Positions 31,286 through 43,178 of a stretch of 64,000 nt of DNA are shown here, piece by piece. This stretch comes from Nitrospirota bacterium (lineage in GTDB: Bacteria; Nitrospirota; UBA9217), in NCBI GenBank assembly GCA_963741205.1, contig CAVUHW010000008.1, positions 64,001-128,000 on the forward strand, read 5' to 3'. The translations under genes were made by a program, and so were the position numbers. The notes beneath the pieces are model-generated. The model had not been told where the DNA came from. It worked only from the letters and a program-made list of their open reading frames with translations, and ran no database searches. Within the stretch, counting starts at the first letter, position 1. The number at the start of each line of letters is the position of its first letter.

Positions 31286-33607
31286 ATGAACAAGGATGAT
31301 AAGAAAGATTACTACGTCAAGGGGATCCCGGTTCCGGAAACTCCGGAGCCTGACGTAACCGCCGAGCCCTGGAAGAAAACAAAGATCGTGGGCAAGGCCC
31401 TGCCGCGGGTCGACGGCTATGACCGGGTGAGCGGCTCGGCGATCTACGCCTCGGACATTACCATGCCCGAAATGCTCTACGGAGCGATCCTCCGAAGTCC
31501 CCATCCTCATGCGATCGTCAAGGCCGTCGATACAAAGGAAGCGGAGAAGATGCCGGGTGTTCGCGCCGTAATCTCCGGATCGAGCCCCGAGGCCGATCTT
31601 CTGTGGCCGTACGCGAAAGATATGAGCATGAAGCTTTTCGATCCCCACTGTCGCTATGAGGGAGAGGTAGTGGCCGCGGTGGCCGCTGAAACTCCGTACC
31701 ACGCGTGGGACGCGCTCAAGGCCATCAGGGTGGACTATGAGGTGTTGCCCTATATTGCCGATGAGCGGAAGTCGCTCGCTGCCGGCGCCCCACAGATCCA
31801 CGAGGGTGGAAACAAGGTCAAGACCGATACCTACGAAAGGGGAGACGTGAAGAAGGGGTTTGCCGAGGCGGACGTTGTTCTCGAGCAGACGTACCGCACG
31901 GCCTGCGAAATCCACACACCCATGGAGCTGCACGGCTCTGCGGCGAAGTGGGACGGCGACAGTCTCACGATCTGGGAGTCCACCCAGGGAGTATACTCGA
32001 TCCAGGCTCGTGTCGCAGAGGTGCTCAAGCTCCCGCTTTCCAAGGTCCGCGTCATAAGCCGCTATATGGGCGGCGGGTTCGGGAGCAAGCTCCAGGCGGG
32101 AAAGAACACGATCATCGCGGCTGTACTCGCGAAGAAAACAGCAAGACCGGTGAAGCTCTTTCTCACGCGCGAGGAGACCTTCCTGGATGCGGGAAACCGG
32201 CCCCCGGCGGATATGACCATCAAGGCGGGTGTCAAAAAGGACGGTACGCTCAGTGCCCTGGAGTTTACCGGCCTGGGCACGGGCGGCGCCTATCCGGCAG
32301 GAGGGACCGGGCTCCTCGACTGGCTCGTCCGCGACCTCTATACTTGTCCCAACGTCCGAAGCGAAACAACGGACGTCTATATAAACGCCGGGCCTAGCCG
32401 GCCATTCCGGGCGCCCGGCCATCCCCAAGGCTCCTGGGCTTTGGAGCAGATGATGGATTCCCTAGCAGAGGCCGTTAATCTGGACCCGGTCGAGCTGCGT
32501 CTTAAGAATATCCCCACCTACAGCCAGGGACGGGAGGGAAACCCGCCCTATACCACGACGGGCTTAGAGCAGTGCATCAGGGAAGGCGCGGAAGTATTCG
32601 GGTGGAAGGAGGCGAGGCAGCGCGCGGCTGCATCTGCAAAGAACGGCCAGGTCCGCCGAGGCGTGGGCATGGCGAGCTGCCTCTGGTTCGCGGGCGGCGG
32701 CAACCCGCCGTCAACGGCGATCGTGAAGTTCTTCTCCGACGGAAGCGTGAATCTGAACCTCGGCATGAGCGATATCGGAACGGGCACCAAGACGGTGATG
32801 GCCATGGTCGTCGCCGAGGAGTTGGGTGTTCAGCCTACGCTCATCCAGATAGAAAACGCGGACACCGCTACCACTCAGTACGCCACGCCCTCTGGCGGGA
32901 GCAAGACCGTGCCCACCGAGGCGCCCACGGTTCGGGCCGCGAGCCTCCATGTAAAACAACAGCTCCTCGGGATGGCCGCAGAAGATTTGAAAACAGACGC
33001 ATCAAACCTCTCGTTCGAAGGCGACTCTATCATCTCAACAACCGATCCGTCGAAGAAGATCAAGATAACGGATATAACGACGCTCAAGAAACGCGGCCTG
33101 GTCGTCGGCGTGGGCTACCGCGGTCAGAACCCGGCGAACAAGGTCGTAAACCCCTTTGCCGCGCAGTTCTGCGAGGTGGAGGTGAACATGAAGACCGGCG
33201 AGGTGAAGATCCTGCGCTTCCTAGGCGCCCACGAGAGCGGCAGGGTGATGAACCGCATGGGATTCGACAGCCAGGTCTACGGCGGCATCACCATGGGCAT
33301 CGGGTACGCCATGAGCGAGGAGCGGATATTCGACGTATCGCAGACAGGGAAGATGGTGAACAGGAACTGGCACGATTATAAAATTCCCACGGCACTCGAT
33401 GTCCCGGCGGACATGTTGTCCCATGCCGTGGACCTTCCCGACCCCGAGGCGAACCTTGCGGGTGCAAAAGGTCTTGGAGAGCCGGTTACGATACCCACGG
33501 CTGCCGCCGTGGCAAACGCGGTGTACCATGCGACGGGTGTGCGCGTATCCGAGACGCCGATGAATGCGCTGCGGCTCAGCAAACTGTTTGCGGAAGCGAA
33601 GAAGTAA
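31286..33607 (+). CDS. Molybdopterin-binding subunit, xanthine dehydrogenase family (PaoC-like)
   Basis: GGGFGSK, FRAPGHPQG, DIGTG and AKGLGEP motifs. Confidence 0.9.
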   Translation: MNKDDKKDYYVKGIPVPETPEPDVTAEPWKKTKIVGKALPRVDGYDRVSGSAIYASDITMPEMLYGAILRSPHPHAIVKAVDTKEAEKMPGVRAVISGSSPEADLLWPYAKDMSMKLFDPHCRYEGEVVAAVAAETPYHAWDALKAIRVDYEVLPYIADERKSLAAGAPQIHEGGNKVKTDTYERGDVKKGFAEADVVLEQTYRTACEIHTPMELHGSAAKWDGDSLTIWESTQGVYSIQARVAEVLKLPLSKVRVISRYMGGGFGSKLQAGKNTIIAAVLAKKTARPVKLFLTREETFLDAGNRPPADMTIKAGVKKDGTLSALEFTGLGTGGAYPAGGTGLLDWLVRDLYTCPNVRSETTDVYINAGPSRPFRAPGHPQGSWALEQMMDSLAEAVNLDPVELRLKNIPTYSQGREGNPPYTTTGLEQCIREGAEVFGWKEARQRAAASAKNGQVRRGVGMASCLWFAGGGNPPSTAIVKFFSDGSVNLNLGMSDIGTGTKTVMAMVVAEELGVQPTLIQIENADTATTQYATPSGGSKTVPTEAPTVRAASLHVKQQLLGMAAEDLKTDASNLSFEGDSIISTTDPSKKIKITDITTLKKRGLVVGVGYRGQNPANKVVNPFAAQFCEVEVNMKTGEVKILRFLGAHESGRVMNRMGFDSQVYGGITMGIGYAMSEERIFDVSQTGKMVNRNWHDYKIPTALDVPADMLSHAVDLPDPEANLAGAKGLGEPVTIPTAAAVANAVYHATGVRVSETPMNALRLSKLFAEAKK

Positions 33608-33644
33608 GGGACCCGGAAGCTTCTCGCGTACTGCTTGAGACACA

Positions 33645-33728
33645 TCCCCCTCTCAATCTCCCCCTTGAAGGGGGAGAAGTTCAAAAAGTTTCCTCCCCTT
33701 CAAGGGGAGGATATAGGTGGGGATGGGT
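33645..33728. repeat. CCCCTT/AAGGGG palindromic repeat, family B
   Basis: Matches 1-75; a partial copy lies at about 15969-16001. Confidence 0.75.
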
Positions 33729-33815
33729 AGGACTGGAGAAGAGGGTATCGGAATCTTCTGAACCCTCTGCGGTGAAAAAGATTTTGATGTGAAGAAAGCG
33801 AAGGAGGGCTAAGCC

Positions 33816-34793
33816 ATGCTGCCGAATTTTTCCTATGTCCGTCCGAAAACGCTCAAAGACGCCGTGAAGCAGCTTTCTTCCGAGGGGAGCAGCTTGCTCG
33901 CCGGCGGGACAGATCTTCTGGGGTGCATGCACGATGGCGTCCTTCCAGTCAAGAAGATGGTAAGTATCACGGACCTTACAGACCTGCGTGGGATCAAAAA
34001 GATTGCCGACGACGGCCTGACAATAGGCGCCCTCACCACCGTTACCGAGGTTGCGGAGAACAAACTCGTTCAGGAATCATATCCCGGACTCGCGCAAGCT
34101 GCCGCGGAAGTAGCGAGTCCGCAGCTGCGGAACCAGGGCACGATCGGTGGAAATCTTTGCCAGAAGCCGAGGTGCTGGTATTACCGGGGAGAGTTTCACT
34201 GCCTCCGCAAGGGGGGGAAGCTCTGCTACGCGGCGTCCGGTGAGAACCAGTTTCACTGCATCTTCGGCGGCGGACCCTGTTACATCGTCCATCCGTCGGA
34301 TATTGCGCCGGCCCTCGCGGCTTTCGGCGCGTCAGTGAAAACCGTGGGGCCGAAGGGGGGCAGAACAATACCGGTCGATGCATTCCACGTGCTCCCGGCC
34401 GTAGATGTGCTTCGGGACACAGTCCTGGGGCCGGGGGAGATCGTGACAGGGATCGTCCTGCCGCGGCCGCCAAAGGGCACGCGGAGTTCCTACCGCAAGG
34501 TGCGGGCAAGAAACTCCTGGGACTTCGCCGTAGCCGGAGCGGCCATCAAGCTCACCATGGAAGGCGAGGTGATAGCGAAGGCAAGGATTGTCCTTTCCGG
34601 CGCTGCGCCGGTTCCCTGGAGGTCGAAGGCAGCGGAAGAAGCGGTCATCGGCAAGCGGCTTGGTCCGGACGTGATAGCTCACGCAGCGGAAGCTGCGGTC
34701 AAAGGGGCAGAGCCGCTCGAGCACAACGGATACAAGGTCGCGATCTTTCGCGGCATCATCCAGGAGGAATTGTCGAAACTCGCGAAGGTGTGA
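33816..34793 (+). CDS. FAD-binding subunit with a Cys-rich insert (PaoB-like)
   Basis: AGGTDL and RNQGTIGGN motifs; RCWYYR..C..C..C insert. Confidence 0.9.
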   Translation: MLPNFSYVRPKTLKDAVKQLSSEGSSLLAGGTDLLGCMHDGVLPVKKMVSITDLTDLRGIKKIADDGLTIGALTTVTEVAENKLVQESYPGLAQAAAEVASPQLRNQGTIGGNLCQKPRCWYYRGEFHCLRKGGKLCYAASGENQFHCIFGGGPCYIVHPSDIAPALAAFGASVKTVGPKGGRTIPVDAFHVLPAVDVLRDTVLGPGEIVTGIVLPRPPKGTRSSYRKVRARNSWDFAVAGAAIKLTMEGEVIAKARIVLSGAAPVPWRSKAAEEAVIGKRLGPDVIAHAAEAAVKGAEPLEHNGYKVAIFRGIIQEELSKLAKV

Positions 34794-34809
34794 TTGCGGC
34801 TGTGTAAAC

Positions 34810-34837
34810 AAAGGCGCCCATCTTGGGCGCCTTTTTT
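34810..34837 (+). terminator. Intrinsic terminator
   Basis: aaggcgccca-tct-tgggcgcctt hairpin followed by a T run, after the FAD subunit gene. Confidence 0.8.
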
Positions 34838-34906
34838 ATGGCCGGCATGCGAACACTGTTGCCTATCTACAAAAATCGTATGTAGACTGGCGATCTTTTT
34901 TCAATC

Positions 34907-35025
34907 CGTCATTCCCGAACGCTTTAATCGGGAATCCAGGGGTTCGAAGACTCACCCTGCAGCGGCGTAGCACTCAACCGCCGAGTGCAGGCTGGGTGCC
35001 CGATAAAGGCATTCGGGGGGACGAC
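34907..35025. repeat. REP-like doublet, family A, with a CCTGC..GCAGG insert
   Basis: cgtcattcccgaa..tcgggaatcc; insert at 34955-34991; degenerate right arm. Confidence 0.65.
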
Positions 35026-35131
35026 GAGCGATGGATATCGCCGTCAAAAAAAATGCAATCGCTTTTTCAGGCCCATCGCAAACTCCGCGCAGGAAGATGG
35101 TATACTTACAGGTAAAAAGGAGCGGATACAG

Positions 35132-36188
35132 ATGCCGGAACGTGTCGTAGAATCCTTCGCAGTAAAACGCCTCGAAATCCTTGATGCACAGGGAAATATC
35201 GACAGCAGCCTCGCGCCTAACTTTGACCGATGATGAAATAAAAAGGATGTACGAGCTTCTCATTCTTTCCCGGACCTTCGACCAGCGTGCGCTCGCTCTC
35301 CAGCGGGAGGGACGTCTCGGCACCTATCCCTCGATGCTGGGGCAGGAGGCGTCGCAGGTAGGAAGCGCTTTTGCCGCGGAGAAATCGGACTGGATATTCC
35401 CTACATTCAGGGAGCACGGCGCTTACATCACAACGGGCTTTCCCATGCATATGATCTTTCAATACTGGATGGGCGATGAACGGGGCCTGAAAATCCCGGA
35501 CGGTCTGAACATCTTCCCTCTCAGCATTCCCGTCGGGACCCAGGTGCCCCACGCCGTCGGCGCCGCGATGGCCGCGAAGTACCGGAAAGACCGGGTCGCC
35601 GCTCTCGTCTATTTCGGCGACGGCGGAAGTTCGAAGGGTGATTTCCACGAAGGTATGAACATGGCGGGCTTATTCAAGCTTCCCGTCGTGTTTCTCTGCC
35701 AGAACAATCAATGGGCGATATCAGTGCCGCGGGAACAGCAGACCGCATCAAAGACCATTGCGCAGAAGGCCTATGCGTACGGTTTCGAAGGCATCCAGGT
35801 GGACGGAAACGACGTCTTCGCCGTGTACAAGGCAACGCACGATGCCGTCCAAAAGGCAAAAGAGGGCGGCGGCCCGACCCTGATAGAATGCGACACCTAC
35901 CGGATTGCGGACCATACCACGGCCGACGACGCCTCCCGCTACCGGATGAAGGAACAGACCGAACAGTGGAAGGCCAGGGACCCCATCCTGCGGCTTAAGC
36001 TGTTCATGGAGAAGAAGGGCCTGTGGACCGAGCAGTATCAAAAAGAGGTTGACGGGCGGTCTAAGGCTGCGGTCGACGAAGCGATAAAGACCGCAGAGTC
36101 CGTGGCCCCGCCTGATCCGCGGGACCTGTTCACCTTCACCTACACAAGCCTCTCACAAAGGCAGACGAGACAACTGAAGGATATTTGA
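35132..36188 (+). CDS. pdhA: Pyruvate/2-oxoacid dehydrogenase E1 alpha (frameshift near 35222)
   Basis: GQEA, GDG..NNQWAIS TPP motif, HTTADD; N-terminus MPERVVESF is in another frame. Confidence 0.88.
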
Positions 36189-36189
36189 T

Positions 36190-37153
36190 ATGGCGACGAT
36201 GAACATGGTCCAGGCCCTGAATCTTGCGCTCAGGGAAGAGATGGAGCGGGACAAGGACGTGGTCGTCCTGGGCGAAGACGTGGGCAAGGACGGCGGCGTA
36301 TTCCGGGTGACGGACGGCTTGTTTGGCCGCTTCGGTCCTGAACGCGTTGTTGACACGCCGCTTGCGGAAACCGGGATCGTCGGCGCGGCCTTCGGCATGG
36401 CTGCCTATGGACTCAAGCCCGTGGTGGAAATCCAGTTCATGGGGTTCATTTATTCCGCCATCGACCAGTTGGTCTCACACGCATCGCGCATCCGGGCGCG
36501 CTCGCGGGGTAGGTTCGGTTGTCCGCTCGTGGTACGCACACCCTACGGCGCGGGAGTCAAGGCGCTGGAACACCATTCGGAAAGCACGGAGGCGCTCTTC
36601 TGCCAGATACCGGGCTTGAAGGTCGTCGTGCCTTCGTCCCCACGCATCGCGAAGGGGCTGCTCCTTGCCTCCATCAGGGACCCGGACCCCGTCGTGTTTC
36701 TGGAGCCTACCAGACTCTACCGGCTCATCAAGGAGGACGTGCCCGAAATCGACTACACCGTTCCCCTGGGAAAGGCCAGGATCGCCCGGGAGGGGAAGGC
36801 AGTCACCGTGATCGCCTGGGGGAGCATGTTCCACCGGACGATGCAGGCAGTGGAGGGGTTCGACGCCGAGGTGATCGACCTGATGACGCTCTCCCCCTTT
36901 GACGAAGAGGCCGTGCTTCAGTCGGCGAAAAAGACGGGAAGGGTCGTGATCGTCCACGAAGCGCCCGAGACGTGCGGACTGGGTGCGGAGATCTCCGCGA
37001 CGATCGCCCAGCACGCCATGCTGCATCTGAGGGCGCCCATCATCCGGGTCACGGGATATGGACGTCGTCATGCCTCTGCCGAAGCTCGAGGACTACTACG
37101 TGCCGACGATCGAGAAGATCCGGAAGGGCATCGAGACGGTGATGCAATATTAA
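36190..37153 (+). CDS. pdhB: 2-oxoacid dehydrogenase E1 beta (frameshift near 37060)
   Basis: GEDVG..GGVFRVT, DTPLAE and HHSES motifs; the C-terminus DVVMPLPKLE..QY* is in a shifted frame. Confidence 0.88.
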
Positions 37154-37285
37154 ATCGACAGAGCAGTCAACCAGGGTTAGCTGCAAGCGGTCAAGCAGCA
37201 AGGTAACATCAACCTTGCTACGTGCTACCTGCGCTAATCGCACTACGGCACTATTCGCCAAGTAACCTGTGAAAGGACAACGACC

Positions 37286-38482
37286 ATGGCTTTCGAATTC
37301 AAATTGCCCGACCTGGGCGAAGGCATAGCCGAGGCCGAGATCAGGAAGTGGCTGGTCAAGGCAGGCGACGCCATAGAAGAGCACCAGGCCGTGGTCGAGG
37401 TGGAGACGGACAAGGCCGTCGTGGAAGTCCCGTCTCCGAAAAAGGGGACCGTTCTCAAGGTCAACAGGGAAGAGGGGGAGACGGTAAAGGTCGGCGAGGT
37501 GCTCATGGTCGTCGGGGAGGCGGGAGAGAAGATCGAGGAGCCTCGCCCTGCGGAAAAAAAACCCGCAGCAGAAGAGCGGCCGAAGTCTGTTTCCGTTGTG
37601 GGCGTCCTGCCCGAGGAAGAGGAGGCGGTAGTACTCGCCACGCCCGCTGTCCGGGCCTTCGCAAAGGAGCAAGGGGTTTCCCTCGAAAAAGTCAGGGGCT
37701 CCGGCCCGGGGGGGAGCATTACCCGGGAGGACGTGCAGAAGGCGTCGAAGCTGCCAGGCAAGGCAGAAGACCAGTACGGGACTGTCGAGCGGGTCGCCAT
37801 ACGCGGCGTAAGAAAGGCGATCGCGAAGAACCTTCTTTTTTCGCAGAAGACGACCGCGTCCGTCACGGAAACGGACGAGGCGGACATCACCGAGCTCTGG
37901 TCCCTGCGGGAGCGAGAGAAGAAGGCGCTGCAGGACAAGGGGATACACCTCACGTTCATGCCCTTTTTCATGAAGGCGGTTCAGCACACGTGCATGGAGT
38001 TCGCAGCGTTCAACGCCTCCGTGGACGAGCAGCGTGAAGAGATCATGGTCAAGAAATATTACAACATCGGTGTTGCCGTGGATACGCCGGAAGGCCTCAT
38101 CGTCCCGGTGGTGAAGAACGTCGAGAAAAAGACCATCCGCGAGCTGGCCCAGGAGCTTACCGACTTCTCGAAGCAGGCGCGGGAGCGGACGGTGAAGCTG
38201 GAAGACCTGAAGGGAAGCACCTTTACGATTACCAATTACGGAACGTACGGCAGCACCTTTGCCACGCCCATCATCAACTATCCGGACGTGGCGATCCTCG
38301 GGACCGGGAAAATCACCGACAAACCCTGGGTCAAGGAAGGCAAGATCGTCATCCGCAAGGTCCTCCCGCTGTCTCTCACCTTCGACCACCGGGTGAATGA
38401 CGGCGCAGGAGCGGCGAAATTCCTGACGCGTCTCGTCGGGTATCTCGAAGACCCGGCGTCGCTCTTTATCGAAAGCGCATAG
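37286..38482 (+). CDS. pdhC: Dihydrolipoamide acyltransferase E2
   Basis: ETDKA lipoyl site, ATPAVR E3-binding motif, FDHRVNDG. Confidence 0.9.
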   Translation: MAFEFKLPDLGEGIAEAEIRKWLVKAGDAIEEHQAVVEVETDKAVVEVPSPKKGTVLKVNREEGETVKVGEVLMVVGEAGEKIEEPRPAEKKPAAEERPKSVSVVGVLPEEEEAVVLATPAVRAFAKEQGVSLEKVRGSGPGGSITREDVQKASKLPGKAEDQYGTVERVAIRGVRKAIAKNLLFSQKTTASVTETDEADITELWSLREREKKALQDKGIHLTFMPFFMKAVQHTCMEFAAFNASVDEQREEIMVKKYYNIGVAVDTPEGLIVPVVKNVEKKTIRELAQELTDFSKQARERTVKLEDLKGSTFTITNYGTYGSTFATPIINYPDVAILGTGKITDKPWVKEGKIVIRKVLPLSLTFDHRVNDGAGAAKFLTRLVGYLEDPASLFIESA

Positions 38483-38642
38483 TCAGTAAACCGTTTTAAA
38501 CATGAATCGGAATCACCGAGGTCTTCGAATGTCCAAAGGGTGTTAAGACATCCCCGAATGCTCCCATTCGGGGATATGGTTTAACACCAGACTTCCTTGC
38601 GAACTTTAAATCTTCGCGAGAATGAATGATCTCTTGATCACA

Positions 38643-39270
38643 ATGGTCAAGACCCGTGGAGGCGAAAAGAACTCTCTGTTGTCGTCGGTATAGACCTGGC
38701 AGGGAGCCCGCTCCGAAATACCGGCGTCTGCGCGCTCCGCGGCATGACGATAACGTCGATCGAAACGCTCCATCCCGACGAAGAAATCCTCGACTTCGTC
38801 GAACGCAATCACCCCGATCTCATCGCCATAGACGCTCCACTCAGCCTCCCTCCGGGAAGAACTTCCCTCGAAGATCGAAACGCTGAACACTTCCGTCCCA
38901 GCGACCGGGAACTTATGAAACGGGGCATCCGGTTCTTTCCCATCACCCTGGGACCCATGCGCATGCTCACCGCGCGAGGCATCAAACTGAAGAAGATACT
39001 GACACGACGCAATTACCCGTCATCGAGATCTATCCCGGAGCTGCGCAGGATATTTTCGGGATCCCGCGAAAGCAGCATGGGCTCGGAAAACTTCAAAGAG
39101 GCCTGGAGCGGCTGGGGCTTAGAGGCCTGAAGAAAGATATGAACGGCGATGAGCTTGATGCCGTGACCGGCGCATTCGTGGGAAGTCTGTACCTCAAAGG
39201 GAAGGCGGAGGTGCTGGGGGATGTGAAGACCGGGGCGATCATTGTTCCGAAAAAAACGAGTTCTAAATAG
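38643..39270 (+). CDS. DUF429-family protein (frameshifts near 38675 and 39018)
   Basis: Reconstructed VGIDLAG, IAIDAPLSLP, VIEIYPGA and DELDAV motifs. Confidence 0.65.
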
Positions 39271-39393
39271 TCAGGGGATAGATTCACATTACCTTGATCA
39301 GGTGTTGCGGCGCTGAACCGGCTGCCCGAAATCCCCGAGTAATGGACAGCATCTTATTATGATCTTCACGGAATCTCTAAACGATCATTCGAC

Positions 39394-39421
39394 AAAAAAG
39401 GCGACCTTTCGGTCGCCTTTT
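39394..39421. terminator. Bidirectional intrinsic terminator
   Basis: aaaaaaggcgacc-tttc-ggtcgcctttt between the converging DUF429 and hisG genes. Confidence 0.8.
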
Positions 39422-39425
39422 CAAT

Positions 39426-40347
39426 TTACGGTATCACCTTGTTCAGCGGATACTCCACGATCCCCGATGCACCTCTTCGTTTGAGCCGGGGGATCAGGTT
39501 GCGGGCGAGTTTTTCATCGAGGATCACCTCGAGGCTCACCCACGCGGGGTCCGTCTGGTGCGAGATCGTGGGGGCGTGCATGGACGGGAGCAGGCCGCAA
39601 ATCTCCTTCAGGTTTGCCTTGGGCGCATTCATCTTGAGGCCGACCTTTTCCTCGGCAGCAAGCGCACCCTGGAGCAGCATGGCCATGCTCTCGATCTTCT
39701 TCCGTTTCCAGGGGTCCTTCCATGCTTTTTTATTAGCGATGAGTCGGGTTGTGGACTCAAGCATGACCTCGACGATTCGGAGCTTGTTTGCCTTCAAGGA
39801 GCTGCCCGTCTCGGTCAACTCCACGATGGCGTCGGCGAGCGTCGGCGGTTTCACTTCCGTGGCGCCCCAGGAGAACTCGATGTCGGCGGTGACTCCCTTG
39901 GATTTGAGATAGCGCTTGGTGTAACCTACGAGCTCCGTAGCGATGCGCTTGCCTTTCAGGTCCTTGACGGATCTGAATGGCCGAGTCTTCTGGTACGGCC
40001 ACGACCCAGCGTACGGGATTCAGGCCGCCCTTTGCGTAGCGGAGCTCGGCGACCTCGACAACGTCGGCATCCTGCTCCAGGATCCAGTCCTTGCCCGTGA
40101 GGCCTACGTCGAAGATGCCGTTGTCCACGTACCGGGCCATCTCCTGGGCGCGAACCATGATGCACCCGATGTCAGGATCGTCGATGCTGGGGTAGTAGCT
40201 TCGCGAGCTTACCTGGATGCGGTAGCCGGCCTTGTTGAAGAGCTTGAAGGTCGCTTCCTGCAGGCTTCCCTTGGGCAGGCCGAGTTTGAGCTTCGGACTT
40301 GCGAGCGCTGCAGCTTTCGGTGTTTGTTTCTTTGATTTTACAGGCAT
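39426..40347 (-). CDS. hisG: ATP phosphoribosyltransferase, long form (frameshift near 39975)
   Basis: LPKGSLQ, D.GLTGKD, SWGATE and [14 protein letters not shown] motifs. Confidence 0.9.
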
Positions 40348-40367
40348 GTGATCTCCTTGTTGTGTAA

Positions 40368-40455
40368 AGGAGCCAGGAGCCAGAAGCCAGGAGTCAGAAA
40401 GAAATGCAATAAGCTCTCTCCTGACTCCTGACTTCTGACTTCTGACTCTCCTGAT
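40368..40455. repeat. Inverted heptamer tandem array (AGGAGTC / GACTCCT type)
   Basis: aggagcc aggagcc agaagcc aggagtc ... ctgactc ctgactt ctgactt ctgactc; a one-armed copy lies at 50126-50150. Confidence 0.75.
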
Positions 40456-40458
40456 GCT

Positions 40459-41751
40459 TTATTTCTTCTCCATCCTCACCCTGATCGTATTGCCGTGCGC
40501 TTCGAGCCCTTCGACATCCGCAATCTGCATCACTGCCTCCCCGACCCTCTCCAATCCTTCCTTCGTGTAGAAGAGCAGGCTCGACTTTTTCATGAAGCTG
40601 TCCGTGGACAGGGGAGAGAAAAACCGCGCCGTGCCGCCCGTAGGAAGCACATGGTTCGGCCCGGCGATATAGTCTCCCACGGATTCGGGCGTGTAATGAC
40701 CGAGGAAGATGGCACCCGCATTCTTGATCAGCGCCAGGAGTTCGAAAGGTTTATCCACGGCGAGCTCGAGATGCTCCGGGGCGATGGAGTTCGACACGTC
40801 CGCCGCCTCCTGCAGGCTGCCGGTAATCACGATCGCTCCGAAGCGGTCGATGGCCTTACGAGCGATTTCTTTTCTCGTCAGGTTCGCCATCTGGCGCTCT
40901 ACTTCGGCGTCCACCTTCTCGGCGATTTCCTTCGATGTCGTTATGAGAATGGATGAGGCAAGTTCATCGTGCTCCGCCTGGGAAAGCAGATCGGCAGCAA
41001 CGAATCTCGGATTCGCCGATTGGTCCGCTATGACCAGGATTTCGCTCGGACCGGCGATCATGTCGATGTCCACTTGGCCGAAGACATACCGTTTAGCCGT
41101 GGCCACATAGATATTGCCCGGGCCTACGATCTTGTCTACCTTGGGGACGGAGGCGGTGCCGTATGCCATGGCCGCTATCGCCTGCGCTCCGCCAATCCGG
41201 TAGATCTCGGTCATCCCGGCGATGTCCGCGGCAACAAGGATGTAGGGGTTCAGGTTACCGCCAGGCGCCGGCGAGCACATGATGAGCTGTTCCACGCCCG
41301 CGACTTTTGCGGGGATGACGTTCATGAGCACCGTGGAAGGATAGCAGGCCTTTCCTCCGGGTACGTAGACGCCGACGCTCCGGATCGGCCGCGCCAGCTG
41401 GCCAAGGATCACGCCGTCGGCCTCCTGGCTGACCCAGGAGCTCATCTTTTGTTTTTCGTGAAATGTCCGGATGTTTTGAGCCGCGAGTTTGAGCGCTTCG
41501 ACTTTCTTTGTATCAACTTGCGTATAGGCTGCCTTGATCTCGTCCGGAGAAATCCTGATGTCCTTGAGTGTGAGCTTCACCTTGTCGAACTTCTCGGTGA
41601 ATACCAGCACCGCCGGATCGCCTTCCTTCCGAACACGTTCCACGACTTCCTTGACTGCCACGGAGACTTCCTCCGTCGCGGTCTCACCGCGGTTGACGAT
41701 CCGCTTGAGCTCGATGGTGATGTCTTTTTCACTTGCGTCGAAGATCTTCAT
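40459..41751 (-). CDS. hisD: Histidinol dehydrogenase
   Basis: YVPGG, GPGN, DMIAGPSE, SQAEHD and APEHLE motifs. Confidence 0.96.
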   Translation of the reverse strand: MKIFDASEKDITIELKRIVNRGETATEEVSVAVKEVVERVRKEGDPAVLVFTEKFDKVKLTLKDIRISPDEIKAAYTQVDTKKVEALKLAAQNIRTFHEKQKMSSWVSQEADGVILGQLARPIRSVGVYVPGGKACYPSTVLMNVIPAKVAGVEQLIMCSPAPGGNLNPYILVAADIAGMTEIYRIGGAQAIAAMAYGTASVPKVDKIVGPGNIYVATAKRYVFGQVDIDMIAGPSEILVIADQSANPRFVAADLLSQAEHDELASSILITTSKEIAEKVDAEVERQMANLTRKEIARKAIDRFGAIVITGSLQEAADVSNSIAPEHLELAVDKPFELLALIKNAGAIFLGHYTPESVGDYIAGPNHVLPTGGTARFFSPLSTDSFMKKSSLLFYTKEGLERVGEAVMQIADVEGLEAHGNTIRVRMEKK

Positions 41752-41774
41752 GCAAACCCTCACTTCTTAATGTT

Positions 41775-41854
41775 TAACCACGGATGAACACGGACAACTC
41801 GGAAAATTGGAAAAAAATCTTTTTGAAGGTTTAAACCGTGTTCATCTGTGGTTA
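41775..41854. repeat. AACCACGGATGAACACGG inverted repeat, family C
   Basis: taaccacggatgaacacgg ... ccgtgttcatctgtggtta; a related copy lies at 45173-45288. Confidence 0.75.
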
Positions 41855-41860
41855 CAATTC

Positions 41861-43109
<1,249 letters not shown>

Positions 43110-43178
43110 AAGATACGCGCATGGCGCATAGGGCATAGCGCAAAGGGTTCAACGCCCTGCTCTATGCGCTCTGCCTGT

